A stretch of 48,489 bases of DNA from positions 1-48,489 of the forward strand of contig DASXQK010000220.1 in the NCBI GenBank assembly GCA_036493015.1, read 5' to 3'. The notes below the pieces were generated by a model. It worked only from the letters and a program-made list of their open reading frames with translations. It was not told the DNA's origin and did no database searches. The position numbers and the translations under genes were made by a program. Every line of letters begins with the position of its first letter. Within the stretch, counting starts at the first letter, position 1. Origin of the DNA: Dongiaceae bacterium (GTDB lineage: Bacteria > Pseudomonadota > Alphaproteobacteria > Dongiales > Dongiaceae). This document shows positions 27,407 to 36,682 of this stretch, in pieces.

Positions 27407-28180
27407 ATGACTTTGCCACATCACTCGGCGGCGCCGGCTGGCGGCTGCGCTTGCGCTGCCTGCCAGCCAATCGAGCTGTCAGCGTTAACGCCATCAGGCT
27501 CACTTTCTCGTCGCGGATTGATGCGCCGCGCTCTCGCCGGTGCTGCGGTCGGATTGATTCCGGCGGCCGCCCTTCAATTCCCGTTCGCGCAAAGCGCGCA
27601 AGCCCAGGCGACGATGACGCCAGAGCAGGCGCTGAAGGCGCTGAGCGACGGCAACCAGCGCTTCATCTCCGGCCAGTTGGCCTCGTTCGATGAAGATTTG
27701 ACCATCCTCAAGCAGAATACCGTCGACAAGCAGGAGCCCTTTGTCGCCGTCCTTTCCTGCGCGGATTCGCGGGTGCCGGTCGAACTCGTCTTCGACCAGA
27801 GCATCGGCCATATCTTTGTAACCCGCGTCGCGGGCAATATCTCGACGGCGGAAATGATTTCCAGCCTGGAATACGGCGTGGCCGTTCTCGGCGCCAAGGC
27901 GATCATGGTGCTGGGCCATAGCGATTGCGGTGCGGTGAAGGCCGCCATAGCGGCCAAGGAAGTGCCGGGGCAGATCAGCAATCTCTATCCTTATATCCGG
28001 CCTGCCGTCGATGTGGCCGGCAGCGATGTAGCGGCGGTGACGCGCCTCAACGTGACCAATCAGGTCAAGATCCTGAGCGAGTCTTCGCCGGTCTTCGCCG
28101 ATTTCATTGCCAAGAAAAATCTGGCGATCGTGGGCGGCGTCTATGATCTCGGCAGCGGCAAGGTCGAGATGGTTGCCTGA
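27407..28180 (+). CDS. Beta-class carbonic anhydrase with twin-arginine (Tat) signal
   Basis: It has beta-CA zinc-ligand motifs SCADSRVP and GHSDCGAV. The Tat-like SRRGLMRRALAGAAVGL is followed by AQAQA. Confidence 0.85.
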   Translation: MTLPHHSAAPAGGCACAACQPIELSALTPSGSLSRRGLMRRALAGAAVGLIPAAALQFPFAQSAQAQATMTPEQALKALSDGNQRFISGQLASFDEDLTILKQNTVDKQEPFVAVLSCADSRVPVELVFDQSIGHIFVTRVAGNISTAEMISSLEYGVAVLGAKAIMVLGHSDCGAVKAAIAAKEVPGQISNLYPYIRPAVDVAGSDVAAVTRLNVTNQVKILSESSPVFADFIAKKNLAIVGGVYDLGSGKVEMVA

Positions 28181-28191
28181 TGCCTCTTGTG

Positions 28192-28216
28192 CCCCGCCCC
28201 GTAAAAAGGGGCGGGG
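28192..28216 (+). terminator. Perfect 9-bp GC hairpin just after the carbonic anhydrase stop
   Basis: ccccgcccc (28192-28200), loop gtaaaaa, ggggcgggg (28208-28216). No clear U-tract follows. Confidence 0.45.
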
Positions 28217-28309
28217 AGCAACGAAGAATGCCGTTCGCGCGAAGCCGGTTGCCGGCCGGCAAAAATGCTGGATTGATGGCGGCGCGCTGACGTTACCAGA
28301 GAGGGCTTC

Positions 28310-28969
28310 ATGCCGTTTGAACATTGGCTCGCCTTTGCCACGGCTTCCGCGATCCTGGTTGCGATTCCGGGACCCACGGTCCTGCTCGTCATTTCCTACG
28401 CACTCTCCCACGGAAGAAAGTCGGCGATAGCCACGGTGCTGGGCGTGGGGCTGGGCGATTTCACCTCGATGACCTGCTCCTTGGTCGGACTCGGCGCGTT
28501 CCTGATGGGCTCTGCCGCCTTGTTCACGGCGCTGAAATGGATCGGTGCCGCTTACCTGATCTACATGGGCATCAAGCTGTGGCGCGTACCGGTTGGGCGT
28601 TTGCCGGTTGGTGAACGCATGATCGAATCAGGCGCGGCAGCGGAAGAGGCCGGCGAGACAAGGCCGCTACGAATCTTCCTGCATGCCTATGTCGTGACCG
28701 CGCTCAATCCGAAGGGCATCATTTTCTTCATCGCCTTCCTGCCCCAATTCCTCGATCCCTCGCGGCCGGCAATCCCGCAGATGCTGATCTGCGGCGCGAC
28801 GTTCCTGGTGCTGGCGATCACCAATGCCTCGCTCTATGCGCTGATGGCGGCCGCCGCGCGCCAGACGATCCGCAAGCCTGTCGTCCAGCGCCGGGTGAAC
28901 AGGATTGGTGGCTCGTTGTTGATCGGCGCCGGGCTGCTGGCCATCGGCTGGCGTCACGCCAAGGTTTAG
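28310..28969 (+). CDS. LysE/RhtB family amino-acid efflux translocator
   Basis: 219 aa. The N-terminus FATASAILVAIPGPTVLLVISYALSHGRKSA is typical of LysE family, with about 6 TM. Confidence 0.8.
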   Translation: MPFEHWLAFATASAILVAIPGPTVLLVISYALSHGRKSAIATVLGVGLGDFTSMTCSLVGLGAFLMGSAALFTALKWIGAAYLIYMGIKLWRVPVGRLPVGERMIESGAAAEEAGETRPLRIFLHAYVVTALNPKGIIFFIAFLPQFLDPSRPAIPQMLICGATFLVLAITNASLYALMAAAARQTIRKPVVQRRVNRIGGSLLIGAGLLAIGWRHAKV

Positions 28970-29409
28970 CGCGTTGGTTTAGTCCCTAGGCGTCTTTCCA
29001 CCAGATAGACCAGCCCCGTTCCCAGACCCCAGACGCCGTTGATCAGAAATCCCATCGCGAGGCGGCGCCAATCGGTCCAGTCGACGCCGGCACCCTTCAG
29101 CGGCGCCACGATCAGCATGCCGACCAGCGGCGGGAACACGCCGCCGAACAGGAAGGCTGCCCATAGCCGCTCTGCGCTGCGTAATGCTTCCACGCAAAAC
29201 ACGAGAGCGATGCCCCAAAGCCCGCCCCAGAAAGCAAGCGAGAGTACCTGGGGCACCTGCCACGGCAAGGTGGGTTTGAACGAATAAGGCTCGTTCGCCA
29301 GCACGCCCGCCAGATGCAGGATTTCGATAAAACCCTGATGGAAAACAAGCACGCCCAGTGCGCCGGCAACAAAGCCCAGCGCAATCCGTGCCGGAATGGA
29401 ATTACGCAT
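28966..29409 (-). CDS. Hypothetical 4-TM membrane protein
   Basis: I chose the start at 29409 (MRNSIPARIALGFVAG...). It has four hydrophobic helices. Its stop overlaps the convergent LysE stop (28966-28969). Confidence 0.5.
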   Translation of the reverse strand: MRNSIPARIALGFVAGALGVLVFHQGFIEILHLAGVLANEPYSFKPTLPWQVPQVLSLAFWGGLWGIALVFCVEALRSAERLWAAFLFGGVFPPLVGMLIVAPLKGAGVDWTDWRRLAMGFLINGVWGLGTGLVYLVERRLGTKPTR

Positions 29410-29636
29410 GTCGGAGCCACCTGATTTTTCGCCTGATTGGATCATTTTGCCGCGTGAAACGTTGTCTCAGGCAATACTGTGCGTTTTACAAGCGGCTGCC
29501 GCATTACCAAGAGGCAACTTTTCGCCGATTTCCGGGGGAGATTTTCCATTGATCACAGGAGATTGCATCGGCAAGGCGATCCGAAATGGCAGCGGAAAGC
29601 TTGCAATCGGTGCCGCAAAGGTCTTTTTATATAAAT

Positions 29637-30608
29637 ATGATTATTAAGGAGCTCTGCCGTAGCGCGTTCCTCGTTGTGGGAATGCACCGCAGCGGCACCT
29701 CGGCCTTTGCCGGAACTCTGAGCCGCCTTGGCCTGTCCGTTTCCGCGGGCCTGATGGCGCCTAGCCCCGCCAATGTGAGCGGGTACTACGAATCAGATGA
29801 GCTTGCGAAGCTGCACAACCTGGTGCTGCGCAGCGCCGGTTCGCGTTGGGACGATTGGTCGGCGATTCAGCAGAACTGGTTTGCCGGGCCGCCCGCCGCG
29901 GCCTATGCCGCCGACATCGTGCGCTTCCTCGATGGCCAGTTCGCTCGCTCTGCCAGTTTCGTGGTCAAGGATCCGCGCATTTGCCGGATAGTGCCGATTT
30001 GGCGCCAGGCGCTGCAGAGTTTCGGGGCCAAAGCCCATGTGGTGATCCCCCTGCGTCATCCCGACGCGGTCGCAGCTTCCCTGGTGGCGCGCGACGGGCT
30101 GCTCGCGGGCGAATCCTATCTGCTTTGGCTGCGTCATCTGCTGGATGCCGAACAGGCAACCCGCGATCTGCCGCGCGTCTTCGTCGTCTATGACGATCTG
30201 CTCGCCGATTGGCGCGCCGCGGTGGCTGCCATGGAAGGGCAGTTGAACTATCGCTGGCCGCGCTCGCCCGATGAGGCCACGGCCGATATCGAAAGCTTCC
30301 TGGATCCCAAGCTGCGCCACCACCGCCCGCGCCACCGCTACGCAGCCCGCGGCGACCGGGCCTCACAGCTTGCCTTCAGGGGTTGGGACGTTTTCAGCCG
30401 GCTTGAGCAGCAGGCGTCCCCGAGCGCCAATTCGATCGCGGAACTGGCTGCGTTGCGCGACGAGCTGGATCAGATCCCCTCGGTGCATCGTCTGCCGTTG
30501 GGCATCGGCACGGCGGCGGGGCATATGGTGCGCCTGGTCTCGCGCTTACGCTCGCGGTTGACAGCCGCCGAGCGCAGGTCGCTGCCGGTTCCCAAAGCCA
30601 GCGAATAG
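29637..30608 (+). CDS. Sulfotransferase family protein
   Basis: I chose the ATG at 29637. The N-terminal FLVVGMHRSGTSAFAG matches the PAPS 5'-phosphosulfate-binding loop, and VVIPLRHPDAVAASL matches the 3'-phosphate-binding region type. Confidence 0.7.
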   Translation: MIIKELCRSAFLVVGMHRSGTSAFAGTLSRLGLSVSAGLMAPSPANVSGYYESDELAKLHNLVLRSAGSRWDDWSAIQQNWFAGPPAAAYAADIVRFLDGQFARSASFVVKDPRICRIVPIWRQALQSFGAKAHVVIPLRHPDAVAASLVARDGLLAGESYLLWLRHLLDAEQATRDLPRVFVVYDDLLADWRAAVAAMEGQLNYRWPRSPDEATADIESFLDPKLRHHRPRHRYAARGDRASQLAFRGWDVFSRLEQQASPSANSIAELAALRDELDQIPSVHRLPLGIGTAAGHMVRLVSRLRSRLTAAERRSLPVPKASE

Positions 30609-30748
30609 CATCGCCGCTGCCGCCGTTTTTCAGTCATTTTTTGATCGCTCAGGCCCGCCAATCGGTGCTTTCGAGCCATGCGGCCGACTACTATACTCCG
30701 CCGCCGTTTTGACGCCGTTTTTGACTGTTTGCCGCCGCGAGGTACGCG

Positions 30749-31507
30749 ATGAAGTGCCGTTTGATTGCCGCCCTTCTGCTGGCTGGGTCGCTCGCCCTGC
30801 CGTCCGAGGGTCTCCATGCCCAGACCCAACCCCAGACCCAGCCCCAACCCCCGGCGCCGCCTCCAGATCCGCTGGTACTGAGCTGCCTCAAGGATCCGAA
30901 TCCCGACAAACGGCTTGCCGTCTGTGCCCAGGTGCTGGCGGCACATCCCGGCGATCCGAATTTTTTCTGGGCTCATAACACCCGGGGCAACGCCTATTTC
31001 CAGAAGAGCGACCTGGCCAATGCGATGAAGGAGTACGATGCGGCGATCAAACTGAATCCCAAGGACCCGCAGGCCTATAACAATCGGGGCACGGCGCACC
31101 TTCAGCAGGGGCAATATGCGCCGGCCGTGCAGGATTATACGTCCGCGATCACTGCCGATCCGAAGGACGATGCCGCCTATAACAACCGTGCGATGGCAAA
31201 TTTCCGCCTGGGCAAGATCGACCAATCCATACAGGACTTCACCACGGCGATCAAGCTGCGGCCGAAATATTACGGCGCTTATGAGAGCCGGGGCATCATC
31301 TACTTCGCCCAGGGCAAGACCGATCTCGCCTTCGCCGACTTCAGCAATGCCGTCGCACTGAATCCCAAATCGGCGGAAGCATTGTTCCTGCGCTCGGCCG
31401 CCTTTCGCAAGAAGGGCCAGATACCCGACGCCGACGCGGATCTGGCGGCGGCCAAGCTGCTGGACCCCAAAATCGTCGAGAAGATGGCCGCCATCGGCCT
31501 CAAATAG
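30749..31507 (+). CDS. Secreted tetratricopeptide (TPR) repeat protein
   Basis: 252 aa with a signal peptide, a QTQPQTQPQPPAPPP linker and 5-6 34-aa repeats with the pattern A..Y..AI.L.P....AY.NRG. Confidence 0.8.
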   Translation: MKCRLIAALLLAGSLALPSEGLHAQTQPQTQPQPPAPPPDPLVLSCLKDPNPDKRLAVCAQVLAAHPGDPNFFWAHNTRGNAYFQKSDLANAMKEYDAAIKLNPKDPQAYNNRGTAHLQQGQYAPAVQDYTSAITADPKDDAAYNNRAMANFRLGKIDQSIQDFTTAIKLRPKYYGAYESRGIIYFAQGKTDLAFADFSNAVALNPKSAEALFLRSAAFRKKGQIPDADADLAAAKLLDPKIVEKMAAIGLK

Positions 31508-31812
31508 CGCGGGCATCATCGAATTGCCATGTTCCCGCCATGGCGAAGTCATGGCGGCGCATTAGAAGGCTTCATTGACTTGCCCTGGCGAGTCTGGGAG
31601 GCCTCGATGGTTCGACTGCGAATTTGGCTGGAACGGTTTAGGGAACATCGCCGCACCGCGCGCGATGTGCGCCTGTTTGCCCGCATCGTCGACGAGCGGG
31701 CCGCGCGCCGATCGGCTTCGGGCGTCATGGGTTAAACAGACTTCTTCCGGTCGTTTTTCCCGCCTGAAAGTCGCCTGTTTGTTTCCGGCTGGGCGCCTGA
31801 TCTCGGCCAGAC

Positions 31813-32082
31813 TTGACGCAGGGGCGGCTCGACCCCCAGCCTGTTTGCGTGACAAGCCATGACGAACGGCCATCTCCGGCCAAACCTGCCCCCAAACCTG
31901 CTGGCGAACCTGCTTCAGCTGGGCGCGGCCAGCAGCAGGAAGCCGAGCGCCGCCAGCGCGAAGGGACGGCGCTTCGAGAAAACCTCGCCCGGCGCAAGGC
32001 ACAGCAGCGGGCGCGTGCTGTTCCACCGTCTGCGGACCTGCCCGTGGGCCGGGATAAGGGCCGGGATAAGGGCGGCGAATAG
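31813..32082 (+). CDS. Possible small basic protein (start uncertain: TTG 31813 or GTG 31849)
   Basis: This frame encodes ...KPAPKPAGEPASAGRGQQQEAERRQREGTALRENLARRKAQQRAR..., resembling small Lys/Arg-rich proteins I recall from alphaproteobacteria. Two other overlapping frames are also open, so coding status is unproven. Confidence 0.3.
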   Translation: MTQGRLDPQPVCVTSHDERPSPAKPAPKPAGEPASAGRGQQQEAERRQREGTALRENLARRKAQQRARAVPPSADLPVGRDKGRDKGGE

Positions 32083-32187
32083 CGGCCATTATCCGGCCGG
32101 GCTTGAGGCGCTGGCAGCCATCAAGTAGAACCCAACAGATCGTCGTGTGGCCTTGCGGCAGCGCTCGGCGGACGCATCGGGAGTTTC

Positions 32188-33474
32188 ATGGACAGAATTC
32201 GCATACGCGGCGGTAACCGCCTGAAGGGCGAGATCGCGGTCGGCGGCGCCAAGAACGCGGCGTTGCCACTGATGGCAGCCTCGCTTCTGACGGAAGAGCC
32301 GTTGACCCTGGGCAACCTGCCCCATGTGGCCGACATCACCACGATGGCCAATTTGTTGGCGCAACTGGGGGTCGAAGTTCATCTGAACGGCCAGGCGGCC
32401 AATGGCGGCCATCAGGGCCGGGTGCTGGAACTGACGGCGCGCAGAATCACCGAGACCCGCGCGCCCTACGATCTGGTGCGCAAGATGCGCGCTTCGGTGC
32501 TGGTGCTTGGACCGCTGGTGGCTCGGCATGGCCAGGCGGAGGTGTCGCTGCCCGGCGGCTGCGCTATCGGCACGCGGCCGATCGATCTGCATCTGCAAGG
32601 CTTGCGCCAGCTGGGCGCAGAGATCGAGCTCAGCGAAGGCTACGTCATGGCCCGCGCACCCCATGGCCTGACCGGCGCCCGGATCGTCTTTCCGAAGATC
32701 TCCGTCGGCGCCACTGAAAATCTTCTCATGGCTGCCTGTCTTGCCAAGGGCGAGAGCGAGTTGGTGAATGCCGCGCGCGAACCGGAGATTGCCGACCTTG
32801 CCCTCTGTCTACAGAAGATGGGGGCGGAGATCAGCGGTGTGGGTACCGACAAGCTGCAGGTCAAGGGCGTGGGCCGGCTGCATGGCGCTTTCCACAACAC
32901 GGTTGCCGACCGCATCGAGGCCGGAACCTACGCCATGGCGGCCGCCATCACCGATGGCGAAATCGAGCTGATCGGCGTCCGGCTCTCCCTGCTCGGCGCC
33001 GTGGCCGAGGCGCTGATGCGAGCCGGGGTCGCCATCAGTGAGACCAATCGCGGCATCAAGGTCGCCCGCGTGAATGGCGAGATTCAGGGCGTGGATGTGA
33101 TGACCGAGCCTTTCCCCGGCTTTCCCACCGATCTCCAGGCCCAGATGATGGCGACCATGGCGACGGCGCAAGGTGCGGCTATGATCACTGAAACCATCTT
33201 CGAGAACCGCTTCATGCATGTTCCCGAGCTTTGCCGCATGGGCGCCAATATCAATGTCCATGGCGCTTCCGCCATGGTGCGCGGCGTCAACCGGCTGACT
33301 GGCGCACCGGTGATGGCAACCGACCTGCGCGCGTCCGTTTCTTTGGTCCTGGCGGGACTTGCCGCCGACGGCGACACGATCCTGAACCGGGTCTACCACC
33401 TCGATCGCGGCTATGAGCGGCTGACGGAAAAGCTCGCGGCCTGCGGGGCGGAGATCGAGCGTCTGAGAGGCTGA
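32188..33474 (+). CDS. murA: UDP-N-acetylglucosamine 1-carboxyvinyltransferase
   Basis: 428 aa. [34 protein letters not shown] and the [15 protein letters not shown] active-site Cys loop are canonical MurA. Confidence 0.95.
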   Translation: MDRIRIRGGNRLKGEIAVGGAKNAALPLMAASLLTEEPLTLGNLPHVADITTMANLLAQLGVEVHLNGQAANGGHQGRVLELTARRITETRAPYDLVRKMRASVLVLGPLVARHGQAEVSLPGGCAIGTRPIDLHLQGLRQLGAEIELSEGYVMARAPHGLTGARIVFPKISVGATENLLMAACLAKGESELVNAAREPEIADLALCLQKMGAEISGVGTDKLQVKGVGRLHGAFHNTVADRIEAGTYAMAAAITDGEIELIGVRLSLLGAVAEALMRAGVAISETNRGIKVARVNGEIQGVDVMTEPFPGFPTDLQAQMMATMATAQGAAMITETIFENRFMHVPELCRMGANINVHGASAMVRGVNRLTGAPVMATDLRASVSLVLAGLAADGDTILNRVYHLDRGYERLTEKLAACGAEIERLRG

Positions 33475-33479
33475 CGAGC

Positions 33480-33977
33480 GTGGCCGAGCCGCTGAAACTT
33501 CGTGCGCGCGACGCGGCCGATCTGCAGACCGTCGCGGCCATCGCCCAGGATGCGCTGGTTGCTCTCGGCGATATGAAATATCAGCCGCGCGAACGCCGCT
33601 TCGCCCTGATGCTGAACCGCTTCCGCTGGGAAGCAGCACCATCCGACGGTGCAGCCAAACCGCCGGTGCGAGAAGCCGGCGACGCCGGCTTCAACGAAGG
33701 CGCCACCGATTTCGAGCGCATTCATTCGGTGCTGAGCTTCGAGCGGGTCAGGGGCGTCAAGCGCAAGAATCTGGAGCAGGCGGCGACCGACGGCATGCTC
33801 TCGCTGCTGACGCTGCGTCATGACGGCCGCTATCTGCTGATCGCCTTTGCCGGCGGCGGTGCGATCCGCCTGGATGTGGAACAGCTGCTCTGCCATCTGG
33901 AAGATGTGGGTGAATCCTGGCCCACGCTCTGGCAGCCGCAGCACAGCGATGACGGGCCAGGCGGCGGGCCGGCATGA
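33480..33977 (+). CDS. DUF2948 family protein
   Basis: 165 aa from a GTG start. [23 protein letters not shown]...[13 protein letters not shown] matches the conserved protein that follows murA in Rhizobiales. Confidence 0.7.
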   Translation: MAEPLKLRARDAADLQTVAAIAQDALVALGDMKYQPRERRFALMLNRFRWEAAPSDGAAKPPVREAGDAGFNEGATDFERIHSVLSFERVRGVKRKNLEQAATDGMLSLLTLRHDGRYLLIAFAGGGAIRLDVEQLLCHLEDVGESWPTLWQPQHSDDGPGGGPA

Positions 33978-34660
33978 AATCCGGCCGCCAGCCGAACGCC
34001 ACGGCCGGCGCTGCAACGGTTCTGGCGCTGCCCAAAGGTCGTATTCTTCGCGAAGTGATCCCGCTTCTGGCGCGGGCAGGTATCCGGCCGGAAGCCGCCT
34101 TCGGCGATCCCGACGACCGCCAGCTGCGCTTTCGCACCAACCGCCGCAATCTCGAGATTATCCGGGTTCGCAGCTTTGATGTGGCGACCTTCGTTGCCTT
34201 CGGGGCCGCCTCGCTCGGCATCGTCGGCAGCGATGTGCTGATGGAGTTCGACTATCCGGAAGTTTATGCCCCGGTGGATCTGGGGATCGGCCGCTGCCGC
34301 CTGGCGGTGGCGGAGCCTGCCCGCCTATCGCGGCGCGACGACCCCAGCCGCTGGAGCCATATCCGCATCGCCACCAAATATCCCGAGATCACCCGCCGGC
34401 ATTTCGCCGCGCGCGGTGTCCAGGCCGAATGCATCCGGCTGTCGGGTGCCATGGAACTGGCGCCGACATTGGGCCTGTGCCAGCGGATCGTCGACCTGGT
34501 TTCGACCGGCGCCACGCTGCGCGCCAACAACCTGGTGGAGGTCGAGCAGATCGCCGAGGTGAGTGCGCGCCTCGTGGTCAACCGCGCCGCGCTCAAGACA
34601 GATCCTGGCCGCATCGGCGCCTGGATCGAGGCGATCCGCGAGGCAGCCGATGCCCGCTGA
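33974..34660 (+). CDS. hisG: ATP phosphoribosyltransferase, short form (HisG-S)
   Basis: 228 aa with [32 protein letters not shown] and [18 protein letters not shown] overlap with the upstream gene at 33974-33977. Confidence 0.85.
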   Translation: MKSGRQPNATAGAATVLALPKGRILREVIPLLARAGIRPEAAFGDPDDRQLRFRTNRRNLEIIRVRSFDVATFVAFGAASLGIVGSDVLMEFDYPEVYAPVDLGIGRCRLAVAEPARLSRRDDPSRWSHIRIATKYPEITRRHFAARGVQAECIRLSGAMELAPTLGLCQRIVDLVSTGATLRANNLVEVEQIAEVSARLVVNRAALKTDPGRIGAWIEAIREAADAR

Positions 34661-35192
34661 GGAAGGCTCCCGGCCGGCAGCGCCATCCACGCCCGATCCA
34701 GCCGCCGATCGCCGGCGCCGCATCGCCAAGGTGGCGCTCGACGAACGCACGGTGGTGCGACGCAGCCCGGAGGTCGAGCACGAGCGGGCGGTGGCGATCT
34801 TCGATCTGATCGAGGAGAACTATTTTTCGCCAATGGGCGACCTGGCGAGCGGCGATAATGGTGGGCCCTACAGCCTCTTTCTCGGCATCGAGGAGAACCG
34901 CCTTGTCATCGATATCCGCACCGAGGCGGATGAGCCGCTAGGCAAGGTGATCCTGGCGCTCACGCCCTTCCGGCGCATCGTCAAGGACTACTTCCAGATC
35001 TGCGAAAGCTACTACCAGGCGATCAAGGCGGCCACGCCTTCGCAGATCGAGGCCATCGATATGGGCCGGCGCGGGCTGCACAACGAAGGTTCCGACCTGC
35101 TGCGCGAGCGCCTGGCCGGCAAGATCGAGCTCGACAACAACACCGCGCGGCGCCTGTTCACGCTGATTTGCGTGCTGCATATCAGGGGCTGA
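34650..35192 (+). CDS. UPF0262 family protein
   Basis: I chose the ATG at 34650. [55 protein letters not shown] and [12 protein letters not shown] match my recollection of UPF0262. Confidence 0.8.
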   Translation: MPAEEGSRPAAPSTPDPAADRRRRIAKVALDERTVVRRSPEVEHERAVAIFDLIEENYFSPMGDLASGDNGGPYSLFLGIEENRLVIDIRTEADEPLGKVILALTPFRRIVKDYFQICESYYQAIKAATPSQIEAIDMGRRGLHNEGSDLLRERLAGKIELDNNTARRLFTLICVLHIRG

Positions 35193-35199
35193 AGCGGGC

Positions 35200-35643
35200 A
35201 TGAGCGATCTTCCCGGAAGCGTCCTGTTCTGCTGCTCGCAGAACGCGTTGCGCTCGCCCATGGCGGAAGCGTTGATGAAGCATCTGCATGGCCGGCAGAT
35301 CTATGTCGATTCTGCCGGTGTGCGTGCCGGCCCGCTGGACGAGTTTGCCGTGGCGGCGATGGATGAACTCGGGATCGACATCACCAAGCACAAGGCCAAG
35401 ACCTTCGACGATCTGGAGGACGGCTCCTTCGACATCGTCATTTCGCTGTCGCCGGAGGCACAGCACCGCGCGGTGGAGATGACCCGCACCATGGCGGCCG
35501 AGGTGGAATTCTGGAATACCTTCGACCCCAGCGTGGTAGAGGGCAGCCGCGAGACGCGGCTGCAGGCTTATCGCCAGGTTCGCGACCAGCTGATGAAGCG
35601 CATTCTGCAGCGCTTCCCGCTGCCGGGTGCGCCCAGGGTTTGA
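35200..35643 (+). CDS. Low-molecular-weight phosphotyrosine phosphatase / ArsC-type family protein
   Basis: 147 aa with the CX5R(S) P-loop [18 protein letters not shown] near the N-terminus. Confidence 0.8.
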   Translation: MSDLPGSVLFCCSQNALRSPMAEALMKHLHGRQIYVDSAGVRAGPLDEFAVAAMDELGIDITKHKAKTFDDLEDGSFDIVISLSPEAQHRAVEMTRTMAAEVEFWNTFDPSVVEGSRETRLQAYRQVRDQLMKRILQRFPLPGAPRV

Positions 35644-35825
35644 GCGAAGCCAAACAGCCACCCCCACCCCGGCCCGCTCGGGCAGCAATCTGCTTGGGGG
35701 CGGGATGGGGTGGGGGCCATGTATTGCAACGGTTTGTCGGCGCCGGAACGACAGAGTATGATCCGCGCCCGGCGCAGGGCCGGCAAAGGCCGGCGGCGGA
35801 TTCGCGGGCAACAAAAGGACAAGGA

Positions 35826-36044
35826 ATGCCGAAGGAAGATCTGATCGAATTTTCGGGCATGGTGATGGAATTGCTGCCCAATGCGATGTTTCGGGTGAAA
35901 CTCGACAACGACCACATCGTTCTGGCCCACACCTCGGGCAAGATGCGCAAGAACCGGATTCGCGTTCTGGCGGGCGACCGGGTCAATGTCGAGATGACGC
36001 CCTACGATCTGACCAAGGGTCGCATCACCTTTCGGTTCAAATAG
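35826..36044 (+). CDS. infA: Translation initiation factor IF-1
   Basis: 72 aa: [72 protein letters not shown], canonical IF-1. The listed ORF start at 35640 is an upstream extension. Confidence 0.95.
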   Translation: MPKEDLIEFSGMVMELLPNAMFRVKLDNDHIVLAHTSGKMRKNRIRVLAGDRVNVEMTPYDLTKGRITFRFK

Positions 36045-36085
36045 CTGGCCGTTTCAAATAGCCGGCCACTTTAAATAGCCGGATT
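36035..36085. repeat. Three tandem 17-nt units spanning the infA stop codon
   Basis: The units are gttcaaatagctggccg (36035-36051), tttcaaatagccggcca (36052-36068) and ctttaaatagccggatt (36069-36085). tggccg/cggcca can also pair as a hairpin. Confidence 0.7.
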
Positions 36086-36091
36086 TACCCT

Positions 36092-36682
36092 TTGGCCGCG
36101 GCACTCCCTTCTTCAACGCTGGTCCTTGCTTCCGCTTCGCCGCGGCGGCTCGAATTATTGCGCCAGATCGGCCTGGCGCCGGCGCGCATAGACCCGGCCG
36201 AGATCGACGAAACGGCGCTCAGGGACGAGTTGCCGCCGGCCCATGCGCGGCGCTTGGCCGCGGCGAAGCTCGCCGCCGTGGCGCCGCGTCATGCCGGCGC
36301 CTTCGTGCTCGCCGCCGATACGGTGGTGGCATTGGGCCGTCGCATCCTGCCCAAGGCGGAAGATGAACCAACCGCGCGCCGCTGCCTGGAACTTCTCTCC
36401 GGCCGTCGCCATCGGGTGCTGGGTGCGGTCGAACTGCGGGGGCCGGACGGGCGCGGCATTCGCCGGCTGGTCGCCACGGCCGTGATGTTCAAGCGCCTGT
36501 CGGCGGCCGAGATCGAACTCTACCTCGCCAGTCGCGAATGGCACGGCAAGGCCGGTGGATACGCCATTCAGGGCCTGGCTGCGGCCTTTATTCCTGCGAT
36601 CAACGGCTCATATTCCAACGTCGTCGGCCTGCCGCTGGCGGAAACCTGGGCGATGCTGCAGGGGCTGGGCTTCCGGCGATGA
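36092..36682 (+). CDS. maf: Maf-like nucleoside triphosphate pyrophosphatase
   Basis: 196 aa from a TTG start, with LVLASASPRRLELLRQIGL and GKAGGYAIQG motifs. Confidence 0.85.
   Translation: MAAALPSSTLVLASASPRRLELLRQIGLAPARIDPAEIDETALRDELPPAHARRLAAAKLAAVAPRHAGAFVLAADTVVALGRRILPKAEDEPTARRCLELLSGRRHRVLGAVELRGPDGRGIRRLVATAVMFKRLSAAEIELYLASREWHGKAGGYAIQGLAAAFIPAINGSYSNVVGLPLAETWAMLQGLGFRR

Noticed and set aside
31859-32128. Alternative ORFs lie in the murA upstream gap: 31859..32128(+), 31562..32089(-) and 31529..31735(+).
   Set aside because: The translations look non-protein-like (Arg/Pro/Gly runs) and lack SD or motif support. Only the 31813 frame has a protein-like charged helix, and even that is reported at low confidence.
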